Positions 1-13,219 of a stretch of 63,740 nt of DNA are shown here, one piece after another. The notes under the pieces are model-generated. The model had not been told where the DNA came from. It did no database searches and saw nothing but the letters and a program-made list of their open reading frames with translations. A program made the position numbers and the translations under genes. Position 1 is the stretch's first letter, and each line of letters begins with the position of its first letter. The stretch lies in contig RSEE01000149.1 of assembly GCA_003971905.1 (NCBI GenBank), forward strand, positions 62,001-125,740. Reading direction: 5' to 3'. This stretch comes from Moniliella sp. 'wahieum'. Its lineage: Eukaryota.

Positions 1-1496
1 GAAGAGGAAGCATCGCCAGAGGTAGGGGCACGGTGAGACGGCCGCATGCCGCGGAAGGAGTAGGCAGACGAGACGGACGAGAGGGGAGAGGAGGAGAAGG
101 GAAGCGCCGATTGTGATGAGGGGAGGGAAGGCGTCAATGTCTCAGTCGACGAAGGGGCCTGAGCGGGGCGACAGATCAGCGGCGAGACGGACATGGACAA
201 GATGGTGTCCAGGCGTCGCTCAGCCTGCGCCATGGTGGTGGGCGAGACATAAGTGCCCATTACCCAGTCCACCCACGGACTGAGGCCCATCGAATAATTG
301 AACGCCGCACTTGCTGGCCGGCACAGGTGTAAGGCTGGCAGAGGAGGGCATGGGACGATCATGTGCAAAAAGGGCAGATCGGACCAGGACATGGCCGCCA
401 CACCCGCTCCCGCCGCCATAGCATTGAAGAATGCCGACTCATATACGTGGAGACCCAGGGCGGTGGACACCAAACAACACCCGAGGGCTTCGCGAATCAA
501 CAAGTCGAAGATGGAGGCGTACCCTGTTTCCCATGTGGTGCGGATGGCGGACGTAGGAGATGGAGACTCGGGTAGAGAGGGGAGTGTGTAGACAAAGTTG
601 GGATGAGAAGAGTGCTGATGGTTGGTGGGCTGGACGCTGTACTGGCATTGGAAGGGGGTTGAGACTGGGGTCGGGTTGCTAGGATCGGGAAAGGAGTGGT
701 ATCGCTCGTGGAAGGTGTCAAAGAGAAACGTGTTGGCATGCCACAGCCGGTGAATCAGGTACTGCCACACGTCCAGCAGCAGCCTGTCATGCCCATATCA
801 AACGTCAGCAGACACTCAACAAACGTTTTGCAGCTGTATGCGATAGACACGCACCAGGCAAGAAGCATGCGCATAAGTGTAAGGTGCACTGGCGACGAGG
901 TAGGCGAAGCAGAATCTGCCGCTGCCAAGCTATCGTGGTCGCAGCATGCGAGCTGGATCAGCGCCCGCAGCGCCTGGGTGACGACCACGCGTACCCACGC
1001 TCCTGACGATCTCATCGTCTTCGGCTGGCGTGGCGGGGAGACGGCATGTGCCCGACCGGCCACATTTTGCTGGACGATAAACACGACAGCCCAGTAGACA
1101 GCCACAGGCGCAATGACGCAGATGGCTCGAGGTGCAAGCATCGTCCAAGCAGTCAATGCCGGTGATGGTGGCGGTGGTGGTGCCTGTGGTGTGGCGGCTC
1201 GGGGGCATGTGGCCCTCCTCGACTAAGCGCATGCAGTGGTGACCGGCGAACCGCCTTCGAGCCAACACCTGCATCCGGCGCCACCAGCATGGCGCCAGTG
1301 TGTGGTGCACTAGGGTTAGCCCGACCTCGCCCTCAAGCTTCACCTGAACCTCAGGCAAGAGGGTTGGAAGGGTAACTGGGCCAGACGCAACAACACTGCC
1401 AAAGCCAAAGCAAACGCCAATGCCTGCGGGTGTCGCTTCCTCTTCATACGACCGCGTCGGTGTTCCAGGCGGCAGAAAAGGTGGGATGCGTTCCAT
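1..1496 (-). CDS. Hypothetical protein, possibly membrane-associated; frameshifted and running off the window start
   Basis: Chain of overlapping minus-strand ORFs (930-1496, 755-1156 with hydrophobic segments, 497-739) plus an open S/P-rich frame from about 260 to position 1; no recognisable domain. Confidence 0.4.
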
Positions 1497-1750
1497 AGGT
1501 AGGCGCTGCAGAGACGGCCATGCTGCCTTCTACCGCCATATGGGATGCAGACCAGCCCTGGCAGGCTACGGGGAGCCTTCGGCAGGATTGGCGAGCACTT
1601 GACGCGGCCAGAGGCAAATAGCAAGATAGCAGAAAGTTCAATACAGAGTTCAGATGAGAATCAATGCTGTGTACATGAAGATGAGCAAGGGGGCGGAGCA
1701 GGCTGGGTTGTGCGAGGCAGTGGTAGAAATAAGTCGAGTCTGGTTGCGGA

Positions 1751-3457
1751 TCAAAGATACTTCCCCCACCTTGCGCGGAGAACGAGGAGCAGAGCAGTAG
1801 CCGCCAAGGTGACCAGTCCGGCAAGGGAGAAAGAGGTGGTGTAGCAGCTGCGGCCCAGACGACAGATGGCGTCTTGGCCGGCCTTCGCATCGGAGACAGT
1901 GGCATAGAGCATACAGAAGGCAAAGGAACCCAACGCGCAGGCGTAGGACAGCAGCCCCCACGACCGGCCAAAGGTGGACAAGCCAAAGGCAGAGGCTACA
2001 GTAGAGGACACAAGTGTAAAGGTGGCCCCATATAGGAAGCCCACTGCCCCTGCAAGCACCATCAGACCACGTAGCGTTGTGAGCCCTACAGCAGCCAGCG
2101 CAAAACTTGCTCCCATTCCGCCGGTGGCCCACATGAGGAGGGTGACTCTGGATATGCGGAGGTTGCGGAAGTAGGTCTTCCACCTAGCAATGTACGTGAC
2201 GGGGGGTTCGCTCTCCTCCACCGCCCGTGCCGGACTGACGGCATCGGCCGCGAGCCCCACAACAAAGCGAGAGAGAGTGTTGGTAATTGCGAGGCAAGAA
2301 ATGGCACGGGAGCGCCAGCGCAGCTCGCCGCGCGCCACGTCAGGGACATCAGCAAAGTCACCGACGGCAGGGGTGGTGGTGATAGAGAGCAGCCACCATG
2401 GAGCCGGCATTGGACATTAGCATTTCCCCCACCCCGACAGCGGTGAGAAGGATGATGGCGAGGATCCAGACAGAGGGGGCTTTGGCAAAATCTGTTAGGG
2501 ACTCGGAGTGAGGGGTGAGCATAGATGTAGAAGAACGGATGCTCCATCCACTTGCGGCCGCCTGTTCCTCTCCGGTTTCGATGGCCTCCACGTCAACTGG
2601 CAACCCATGAGGCGCGATGACGGCAACGCTCGCTGACTCATCGAGAGTGGGGACAGGCGCAGGCAAAAAGTGCGCTCGGTGGCGTGCTGATCGGCGGGCG
2701 GGGGCGGGCCTGGTGCGCTGCGGCCTGGGCGCGGGCCTGGTGTTGTTTGTGTCGCACTCCTTGGCCATGCACCTCGGTGGCCATCTGGTCGTCTACGGCG
2801 GGGGTAGCAAGGAATCCCCATGCACCCATGCCGTTGCATGCCGCAAGCAGTACTGCAAGGAAAGAGAGAAAGCGGGCAGAATCGAGGTCGCCTGTGTTGG
2901 GATCGACAAAAAGTATTCGCCCAGAGCAGTGAGAAACATGGAGCTCAAACTAAACAGTGTGAGGGGCAGCGCCAGCGCCAAGCCGGGATGCTTGGGCCAA
3001 ACGCGAGTGGCAGCTGTCAAAGAACCAAAGTAGGATGCGCCAACGCCAGCACCGACCAGGGCAAAGCAGGCCCCGAGCCAGACAGTGGGACCAATGGAGA
3101 ATGGGAGCGCCGCTGGGAGGTCGGCGCTGGCGGAGGAGCGCTGGGCCATGAGGCCGTACCCAATGCCAAACAAAAGGCACGCGCCCAGGCTAAGCGGGGC
3201 AGGACCATATGAGTCCGCTAATGCCCCCACGGCGGCGGCACTGAGGTACTGCCCCAGAACGGCAGCTGACCAAAGAATGTTGGTCTGTTGAGGTCCAGCG
3301 CAAAGTCGGCCATGAGCGAGGGCCCAATGAGCGGGAAGCAGAACATGCTCCCAGCGGTCAGAGCATTGGTGGCGACACACACACCACTAGCGCGCGCCGG
3401 GCGCGGCTTTGCTGACGCCCAAGCGATCGCACGTCGTCGGCCATAGCGCAGAATCAA
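1751..3457 (-). CDS. MFS transporter, MCH1/nodulin-like family (frameshifted)
   Basis: NALTAGSMFCFPLIG, GQYLSAAAVGALADSYGP, GVGASYFGSL, NTLSRFVVGLAAD, GFLYGATFTLVSSTVASAFGLSTFGRSWG and C..GRSCY motifs across ORFs 3218-3457, 2793-3380, 2358-2768, 1751-2410; start uncertain. Confidence 0.85.
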
Positions 3458-3472
3458 GTAGAATGCGGGCGT

Positions 3473-3730
3473 GATAAGCTGGCCGTCCGTTTAATGAGCT
3501 TTTCGTCAACAAGTGAGCTTGCCGTCAATTGTTGAGCTGCCGTCAACTTGGTGAGCGTGCCGTCAACTTGGTGAGCGTGCCGTCAACTTGATGAGCGTGC
3601 CGTCAACTTGATGAGCTTGCCGTCAACTTGATGAGCTTTCCGTCACTTTGATGTGTTGTCCGTCGCGTCAGCTTGATGAACTCGCCGTCAGTTTGATGAG
3701 CTCGCCGTCAGCTTGATGAGCTTGCCGTCT
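3473..3730. repeat. 20-bp minisatellite, consensus TGAGC(G/T)TGCCGTCAACTTGA, about 12 copies
   Basis: Visible tandem units, near-perfect at 3533-3650 and degenerate at both ends. Confidence 0.95.
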
Positions 3731-6700
3731 GGATTGACGTGGTGAGGCCTCAGCCTGAGGCCTAAGGGTGGCACTGGGATCTCTCCAGCATAGGAGGAAA
3801 AGAACAGTGGGACGATCAATTCCGCCCCCATTCGCGGGCACGTGACGCATGACGTGCGTTTTGTTGAAGCTTGAAGCTTGAAGTTTGAAGCTTGAAGGAG
3901 CTTGAAGCTTCACAAGCTTGACATGCCGCAAACCGTTCTTAGAGTGACCGGTGACTGGTGACCGGTGATCAGGTGATGATGACTCGATGACTGGTGTCGT
4001 CCTCGAGATTATACACCTTTCTCACCGACATGGAACTCAAAACACCTAACGAAGTCCACGTCGGGCGCAGTGGGATGATCTATTAGCGCTGAGGCTCAGC
4101 CCACCACTCCCCGCCTGCGCTAGCGCTCAGCGCGCTGACCAGCCTCTCCGCTTTATCAGCCGCTACACTCGATGACATGTGATAATCATACTCCTGCGTC
4201 CATCCCATACCACTGGGTTAATCTCGATTTGTCTGCCTCATTTTGTGGTTGCTTATACCTCCCTTCTTCACCCCCCCAGCTTCAAGCTTCAAGCTTCATG
4301 CATCATGCAGGCCACAGAAGTTGGGAGTACTGGACGTTGAATTCAGTACTCAGCGAGCTTCACGTCAGGGGAATTACATTTGATCTTCTCCTTGCAATGC
4401 ACCCCATTTTATCGCCCTTAGCATTCTGCTTCCCCCCTTAGAATCCTGCATCCCCCCTTTGGATGTATAAAGAGGAGCTGCTTTTTCTTTGCCCCCTACG
4501 TGAACGAAGCAGCTTCCTCTCTTTCCAATCTCTTTCCACCTCCCGACCGCCCCAACCTCTTCATTCTTTCGTCTCTTCCTCATCTTCATCATCACTGCCG
4601 GACCAATCGGCTCTTTCGACATCGCTCTTTCATATCACCATCGCCTTTTGCTTGCCTTTTGCTTGGCTTTCGTTCGCCTTTCTATACGCCGCCCCAATCC
4701 AGATCAGCTTGCATCCCAGCTTGCATCTTGCTCATTGATATCTTCGGCAACCAACGCTAGTCAACTTCCAGCGCGACCATACACAACAGTGACCGTAAGC
4801 CATGTGAATACGTTTGGTTGAAGTCAAATCCGTTGAACGCTATGAACAATGGACCCGAGCCAGTCAAGTTGAACGGTGAGGACGTTGAGGGTATTGTCTA
4901 CTGACTTTGGCCTGTTGCCTGAAGCTTGAAGCTTGAAGCCTGAAGGCAGATTATTGATGGGGGGAAGAAGGTGGAAGAGGACTGCGGTCTACAAAGAGAC
5001 ATCCGAGCCGGAGCGAGCCACTAGTCACTGATCTCCCTAGGGGCGCTTGAGCCATTTCGGCAGAGAGTAAGCGGCTGCGTCAGGTCGAGCCGCCGCTGAG
5101 GGAGCTCAGCCGCTCAACACCAGGTAGGGCACGACGCTCGCTGAACGAGATGCGGCGATGAGATTGTGCGAGGAACAAAAAGAACGACGGTTTAATACGG
5201 CAAAATCGTCAAACGTACCAAATGATCTCGCTTGGGGGTTGCCATGTCGGCGTGTCAACTGCATGTCAACGGCGGGTGAAGTTGAGACGAGGGGGACACG
5301 CATGGCTGTGTGCGAAGAAGTATGTTTGGTCGGTTCCGGTTAGGCGGGAGAGCTGTGCAGAACGGTCTGTTTCCAGTTGCAGCCACGTATTTGATACCGG
5401 CGACGACAAACGGATTTAAAAAAATGATACGCCTGCGTATATATTTGACGGAGGCGACGACAAATGCAGACGCTGTGATCACCCATGCCAGCTGGGAGCG
5501 CTGTGCTGGCAGCATATGATGCGTGACATGTGCATGTGAGGGGCAGGGCGAGGTCTGAGAACACGTGGCGGCGCCTTTGTGCTTACTGGCCAGGTGCGGC
5601 TGGTTCAGCGTCTACCGCGCTCACACGGTCCAGAGGTCAGCATGACATGCGACATGCGACACATGTGACAGCCGCACGGGAATCTGTACCATACACCACC
5701 CATCACGCATCAGGCCACGCCTGGGGTGCTCTGGGAAGATGCAGCAGTGCAGCAGCGGGCGGCTCAGAGGCAGCTGGCTGGGGCAGCTCGCGGGGTCTGA
5801 GGGGCGCAGGGGCAGTGTGGTGCCGACGGATTTCTTCTTTTTGCCTGGTGCACCACCACTGTCATTCGGTCCATCAAATCCAGGTGCGACGCGTTCGTTC
5901 CCCGACGCCTACACAGGTATTTTGGATGGCTTTCCTTGGCGCGTATGGGGGCTTTTTTCTTCGTCGCCGGATAAGATGGCAGATGCTTTGTCGTTGAACG
6001 GTGACCTCCGTGCCTTGAAGCTTGACCTCCATGGCATTCGGAGTGTAGCTCGGGACACTTTGCATGTGCTTGGTGTAAGACCAGGGACCGATTCTTGTCG
6101 TCTGAGAGGACCTGTACTTACAGCCGGTCTTTGCGCCTTTAGCGAGTAAGGACTAGTTACAGGCGGGAGACTGGGCACATGAAGCCTCAAGCTTAGAACG
6201 CCTCCGTGCCAATGGAGGGGGGGCAGCCCTTTTGGGTTTGACTAGTTGATTGCCTCAAACCTAGGCCGCTCGGATCTTCGGTGGCGGCTGAGATCTGCCT
6301 GTCGAGCCTTTGTGCCTGAGGGGAATGGTTTAACGTTACGCGTTAACCGGAAAACCGGGAGCCAACTCCCGGTTAACGGTCACCGGTCACCGGTCATCTG
6401 ACACATGCATCACACGCGGGGATCAGCCGATGGCTGATCGGCCCCAGGGCAGAGGGGCAGTGCACTGCTGGGTCCCGAAGGATGATTGGCCAGGATCAGC
6501 GATCACTGGTCAAGCTTCACGCTTCAAGTGTTTCTTTCCTCCACACGCAAGCGCCACAGGAGCGCCCCGTTGAAAAAGAGAGGCTACGGAAACGATGTGT
6601 TTCTGATCGGACGGGCATAGGGCCCGTGAGCCTTGGGTCGATGGAACGACACGGCAACAGATAGCTCTCTCGCAGCAGACCGCCCGCATGGCACTATCCC

Positions 6701-6817
6701 ATCCAGCAGCCAACATGGGAGCCAAAAGCCCCCCCGTATATAAAGCTCCCTCCCACCCGCGGTTGCAGCCCGCCTTTTCGCCCCCGCCCCTCCTGTCCGC
6801 TCCATCGCACGCCCACC

Positions 6818-8493
6818 ATGGCTGCCGCTGACGATGCCGTGCGCCCTGCGTCCATCGAGTCCGACCGCACCTCCTCCCCGATGAGGCCTTAAGCAGCTGA
6901 AGGATGAGAAGATTCCTGACCGCATGCCCCAGCCCACCAGCGACAATGCCGCCCTCGACCACGATGGTGAGCGCAGTTGGTCAGTCAGGAGACAGGGACC
7001 GATCGACAAGGAAGAGCAGGCCGACCAAAATGACCCTTTCCTCGTCGACTTTAGTCCTAACGACCGGCCAACCCCAAGAACTGGGCCACCAGCCGCAAGT
7101 GGTTTATCACCATGTTCACCTCGCTCTTGTGCTTCACGGTCGCCATTGGCTCTTCGATGCCCACCGGTGACCTGGACGGCGCAGCTAAGTACTTGCATGT
7201 CTCTAGTGAGGCCATCAACCTGTCGATTACCCTCTTTGTTTGCGGCTTTGGCTTTGGCCCCATGCTCTTTGCTTCGCTGTCGGAGATGATCGGACGGCAA
7301 CCCGTATACCTGCTTTGTGGCTTCCTCTACTTTATCTTCAACATGCAGTGTGCATTGGCCAAGAACATTGCCACCCTCCTGTCGGGGCGAATGATTGCTG
7401 GTCTCGCCGCTTCTGCCCCCATGACCAACGTGGGCGGGTCGTTGTCAGATGTGTGGAGGCCTGAGCAAAAGGGTGTTCCCATGGCCATGTTTTCGTCCGT
7501 AATCTTTGTCGGTCCAGCCGTCGGCCCATTGATCGGTGGCTACATCAAGACGGGCACCAACAGCCCCAAAGCGTGGCAGTACATCTACTGGACTCTGTTC
7601 GCATTTACGGGCATCATCTTCATTATCAGTCTCTTTGCACCTGAGACCTTGGCTCCTGTTATCCTCAAGAAGCGCGCCAAGAAGCTGCGCAAGGACACGG
7701 GAGATGAACGCTATTCGACGGCCAATGAGCGTGTGGGCAAGCGTTCCACTAAGGAGATCGTGCAGACTTCTCTCCTCATCCCTCTACTCATGCTGGTCAG
7801 TGAGCCGATGCTCATCCTCTTCTCGGGCTATCTCTGCCTGGTCTATGGTACGTTTCCCTTTTCTTTCCACGATTGATTTTGTACTGATCCCTTCGCCTCA
7901 GCTCTGCTGTATCTTCTCTTCTTTGCCTTGCCTATCGTCTACGCCGAGGGCCACGGCTTCAACGCCGGTGAGGTGGGTCTCATTTTCCTGGCGCTTGTGG
8001 TCGGAATTGTGCTGGCCAACATGTACGTGTACTTAGTACACGAGCGGTGGTACCGCAACCGTGGGATGGAGCGTAAGAACACGCCAGAGGACCGTCTTCC
8101 CCTGATGATGGTCGGTGCGATCGTCCTGCCGCTGTCGATGTTCATTCTGGCGTGGACCAGCATGCCGCATGTGCACTGGGCTGGGTCGATGATTTCTCTC
8201 ATCCCGATGGGCTTTGCCTTTGTCTGCATTTACATTTCCGCCAACGCGTACATTGTCGATGTCTACCGCGCCAGGCGGCCTCCGCCTTGGCTGCCAAGAC
8301 CTTGGCCCGCTCCCTGTGTGGTGCGTCGGTTCCGTTGTTCAGCAACCAGATGTTCCACAAGATGCACAACCAGTGGGCGTTCTGTCTTATGGCCTTTGTC
8401 TGCTGCGCCATGGCCCCTATTCCTTTCATCTTCTTCCGGATCGGCCCCTCGATCCGTGCTGCGTCTAAGTATGCGTCGTCGGACGACAGCTAA
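6818..8493 (+). CDS. MFS drug:H+ antiporter, DHA1 family; intron 7848-7901; frameshifted
   Basis: D..NPKNW motif, GFGFGPMLFASLSEMIGRQPVY, NVGGSLSDVW, PETLAPVIL, PEDRLP; GTACGT..ACTGAT..CAG intron; TATATAAA at about 6738. Confidence 0.92.
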
Positions 8494-8940
8494 GAGTCAG
8501 TCCATGTGTTGGGCTATCGCTCGACGGTTCTGCTTCCTTGCTGTCATCTCCCCTTTCCGGCGTCACTTGCATCTACCCGCACTCCACCCCTTTTTCTAAG
8601 TCCACCTACCTATGCTTCATCATTCCCTCTTGCATGAGTGCACCATGCCTCCCAGCGATGAAGTCTATCCCGTGCACTCACGGGTTCATCCCGTCTATAT
8701 CCCCCCCCCCCTGCACTGTACCCTATGGTTTCTCTGCATTCATCTTTGTTCCACGCATTATGTCTTCTACGCTTGACTACGGCTTATAACGCCTCTATGT
8801 AGTTGCTTCTTCTTGTGAACGTCGGGCTTACTCACTTATTGGACTTGAGCGTGATCCAGTGCTGCTCTTTACTGGAGTTTGCACGTATCCGTGGTGCTCT
8901 GTTTGCATATGACAGATGGCTGATTCGCAAACGACATGGC

Positions 8941-9054
8941 ATGAACCACGGTACGAACCACGGTATAAGCCACGGTACGAACCACAGTATGAGCCACGGT
9001 ACGAACCACGGTACGACCCATGGTACGAACCACTGTACGAACCACGGTATGAAC
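8941..9054. repeat. 12-bp tandem repeat AYGARCCACGGT, about 9.5 copies
   Basis: atgaaccacggt acgaaccacggt ataagccacggt acgaaccacagt ... Confidence 0.95.
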
Positions 9055-9939
9055 TTGAGTCCTGCTTCTCCCGCCTTTTACGTGTTTCTCAATCAACACG
9101 CCCCCGTCCCACCCCCCTGATTATGTCTGTCAGTCCCGAACCTGACCGTGGGTCTCTCGTCGAGTCTTCTCTTCTCAAATGATTTTCTTCGCCATGCCTT
9201 TCCTCCTGGGTTTCTTGGGGTTGTCGTTTGACCACAGCTATAGCATATAGATACAAAATGACTATTACGCGGTGCCGTGCGATCCTTTGCGCATCATTAT
9301 ACTCGTTCGGTGCAGGACCTGGGGGTGTGAATCCAACTGGTTTTCTTCTGAGTGGGGCGCCTCTCTGTCGAAATCTCATGGGCGAGACCCTCTCTTCAGA
9401 AGACAAGGCTCCGTATATGCCCCGGATCGGGCAAGACTGAAATGCCTGCAGTCCGTGCACCTATAATAGAGGACAGGTTGGGAAGGCGACACAGACAGCA
9501 ACGGCAGCCGGGGGTCAGACGACATTACTAGTTATTCGCCACTTTTGTGCCAGAAAACGCAGGCTTGGGCCCTCCTTCGTCCTCTCCCAGAATCCCTCAA
9601 CAAGATGATAGCCCCCTTGATCTGCCTCTCTGATTCATCGAAGTCCCCGGCCCTGGCCCATCACCAGGCCAAAGGAGACACAAGAGAAGCGTGTGGGCTT
9701 TTGGCCAGGCTCGAAAATTCTCGGCTTCCCCCTTGGGACTATACGTGTGTGCAATGACGTTAATGACGCGTGGCACTATTAGAAGAGGAGTACCGTAGTA
9801 ATGCTGTGGATGCTAATAGTGGTGGCTGAACGGTATGTTACGCATACGAGGTCGGAGCCTGAGGGGCCTGGTGCACGTCGAGCCTCATACCCCCGTCTTA
9901 TAGCATAGATAAGGTTCCAACAGACGTTCATAAAAAAAA

Positions 9940-10024
9940 CTCTCCGACCGGGAATCGAACCCGGGTCTCGTCCGAACGTCCACAGCATGACAGGGACGTG
10001 TCATAGCCACTAAACTATCGGAGA
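9940..10024 (-). tRNA. tRNA-Asp(GTC) with 13-nt intron (9975-9987)
   Basis: Minus strand TCTCCGATAGTTTAGTGG...CGTCC-CT-GTC-A[intron]C-GGACG...GGTTCGATTCCCGGTCGGAGAG, followed by a T8 terminator. Confidence 0.95.
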
Positions 10025-11846
10025 GTACATTTTCTGAAATCATTGATCAATATCACCCTTTTACCACGTTGGAAAACGCTGAATGTGTTTGTCGGTCACT
10101 CAGTTGTCCTTTTAAACCCAGTGGGGAGCAAAACTTGCCATTGGTTACACAACGATGATGTGCTCCCGGCCAAGTTAGCAAGTCGCGTAATAGCAAGAAC
10201 GTTCATCCTCAGTGGTGCACGCTGAATAGCTGGCATTAACCTGCGGGGGAAACAGAAAAGAGCAGGGTGAGCAGGATGCCCCCTTTTCCGTACTTGGTCT
10301 AAGTTTTTGTGGTCCTAGTCTAACAAACGGGAACGGCTCTTAACCGTCATCCACACTCTCCTTATACGTAGCATTAGTACTGACTGGATCTCAGGACAAG
10401 AACGGCTACGCGCTACACCTTCATCACAACTTGAACTTCACTTGATGGTCATCAAGCGCAAAATCTCCGGCCTCTCTCGTACAAAATGTTTTTGTTGAAG
10501 TCTTCTGCACACACTCTTTTCTACCCGTCCGTACCTGCAGCGCTGTTTGATCAAACTGGTATGGACACCTTTAGTAGGCCCGGTTCTTGTTTGTGAGAGC
10601 TGTCTTCGTCTTGCTACACAATAGCCATCTCTGATATCGATCTGACAAAATCAGATCATGCTGCTTCCCCCTGTGCATCCAATTGGCTTTTTTGAGGTGC
10701 GATTTGGGGCCCTCAACTGTTGGAGGGATCTATCAAGCTCCCCAAAAAACTCACAAGTAGCACGATCTCGTGAACGGCGCAGACTGTGGTACAACCAGAG
10801 GCCCATTAGACACGGTTTCTCTGCACAATGGGAGGTGCACCAGGAAAGGTGGGACCCAAGCCATCATATATTGCATCACCAAAGTCTTAGTAGCTTATTA
10901 CCAATAGAAAACAACATCGGCTCGTCCCCCATTAGAGATAGATAGATTCGTAGTGTATCCGACCTTTCTGAGGCTTCTGCAAACGCTTATTCAACGTATG
11001 ATTACCAACGAGTATAGTAGTGAGAAATATATACAACAGGAGCGATGCCTGTCTGCTATACTCTGGTTAACGTCTATATAATACCCACACAATCGGCTTT
11101 TTCCTCTTCTCTTTGCCCCAATTCATGTCTTCCAACAAGAGTTATTTACGACTACTCGCTCTCTTTTGATCCCTGGAGCGCTCTTCGAGAGAAGGTCCAC
11201 CTTTCAATCAGCCCGCTTGCTTTCCTTGTCCATCGAAGCTATCTTCGGGCTTTCACGTCCGGGACCTCTAACAAGCAATCCAACCTATAATGTCAGACGC
11301 TGATGGAACACACACACAAACATATCCAATAGCTGAGCCTATTGTAGCTATACGATTCCTTGACCGCTTTGTTTTTTCTTTGAGATGATGCGGTGCAGGC
11401 TGTCGCCCACAGGAAGCCAGCAACCCACAGTCACTAGAGTACGTGCCCGCATGAACCTGCCCCGGGCGGTGCGATCCCTCCCACCTGGTGAAGGATGTGA
11501 GGAGCGAATTGAGTTGGCAGAACGCAAACACAACCCAATCTTTCTCAAGCAGGTTGTTGCAGAGGAGAACCGTATTGGCCGCAGATCACAGGGGAGAAGC
11601 TTGAGGAAGGGATGGGATCCAGTACATAAGGGTAGCCCAGGCACCAAAAGATTTCAAATTTCCGCTGGCTGCAGCTGGTGAATATTGAATGCGCTCGAAA
11701 TGGCCAGTAGTAGATAGAACGCAGTCCCATTGCACCGAACCGAATTTTTTCCCCTTCGGCAGTGTACAAGCAGTCTATAAAAAAACGATGCCAGCCCGCC
11801 TGCCCGTCGCTCCACCACCACACTACTACCCCACCCAAAACCCACC

Positions 11847-13219
11847 ATGGCTGCACCTCCTGTTGAACTGTTTGCGATGCGCATTGAGCCGGGCGAGCCG
11901 GTTCCCGTTGACACGGAGCGTGACGTGGTGATCACCAACGTGTGCTTTGCTTCGGACGCCCCGGCCAAGGGCACGACGATTCTCAAGTTGCACCATGTCA
12001 AGGTCTCGGACGACTGGGACTCGGACGACGAGATCGACTCGGACGCCGACGACGATGACGAGGAGATGGAGGAGGCGCCTCAAAAGGCCCCTAAAGGCAA
12101 GAAGGGGAAGGCGGCTGAGCCTGAGTCTGAGTCTGAGGACGACGATGACGAAGACGACCTGGAGGGTGAGGTGGAGGAGAAGGAGTATGCTGTCGCCCGT
12201 CTCACCGCCGGCCACACGGAGCAGGTGACGCTCAACCTCCAGATCTCGTCGGAGGAGTTGGTTGCGCTGAGTGTCGCCGGGGCCAAGCAGGCGGTGGACG
12301 TGATTGGCTCGTACCTTGCTCCCCCTCCTGGGTTTGACGAGGAGCCTTCGTCGGATGAGGAGATCACCTCGGATGAGGACAGCGAGGATGAGGGTGAGCT
12401 TTCTTCCGGAGACGACGACGACGACGAAGAGGTGGAGGAGGAGGAGGAGGATCTGGGGTCGATCCTCGAAGAGTTTTCCGACGCGGACAACGACACTGAC
12501 GCCCTCTCGTTGCGTGCAGACTTGAAGCGCATCCTGGCCGGGGGCGATGTTTCGGATGAGGAGGATGCGTCGGGCCGGATCGAGGAGCTGAAGGAGCCTG
12601 AACCCGCCAAGACGACTGGGAAGCGTGCGCGCGCCCAGGAGGAGGACGGGGATGTGACCCACCCCGATTTGGCTGCGGCCGCGGAGGCCGAGGGCCTGGA
12701 CCCTAACGCTCTCCAAGGGGCAGAGAAGCGGCTGAACAAGAAGCTGCGTGCGCAGAACGGGGAGGCGGCTGAGGCTCCCCAAGCTCCGGCCGAAAAGAAG
12801 GTTGAGAAGAAGGTTGAGAAGAAGGAGGAGAAGAAGGAGGAGAAGAAGCCCAAGAAGAGCGACAAGCCCGAGGAGGAATCCTCTTCCAAGCGCACGCTCG
12901 AGGGCGGCTTGGTTGTCGAGGACAAGAAGGTTGGCACCGGGCCGGTCGCCAAGAAGGGCGCGCGGATCTCGATGCGCTACGTGGGCAAGCTCACGTCGGG
13001 CAAGATTTTTGACCAGAACACGAGCGGCAAGCCGTTTGCCTTCCGCCTGGGTGCTGGGCAGGTGATCAAGGGCTGGGACGTTGGCGTGGCCGGGATGCGG
13101 GTTGGCGGCGAACGCCGCCTGACCATCCCGCCTGCGATGGGCTACGGCCGCAGCGGCGCGGGGCCGATCCCCGCGAACGCGACGCTGGTGTTGATGTGAA
13201 GCTGGTGGGGACCAAGTAA
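11847..13219 (+). CDS. FPR4: Nucleolar FKBP-type PPIase/histone chaperone (nucleoplasmin-like N-terminus, acidic tracts, C-terminal FKBP domain)
   Basis: [57 protein letters not shown]; the last codons (DVKLVGTK*) need a 1-nt indel. Confidence 0.93.

Noticed and set aside
3473..3730. CRISPR-like array
   Set aside because: Head-to-tail 20-bp units without unique spacers, no cas genes, eukaryotic context
3864..3975. Cloning polylinker or vector contamination (many HindIII, AgeI, SpeI, NsiI-type sites)
   Set aside because: The sites are tandemly repeated, degenerate and spread through most intergenic gaps; they result from the A-N4-T arrangement of the TGA-N4-TGA pattern
10025..11700. Hidden gene or TE in the lower-GC stretch upstream of tRNA-Asp
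   Set aside because: Some splice-like signals on the minus strand, but no coherent reading frame, domain or termini that I can support
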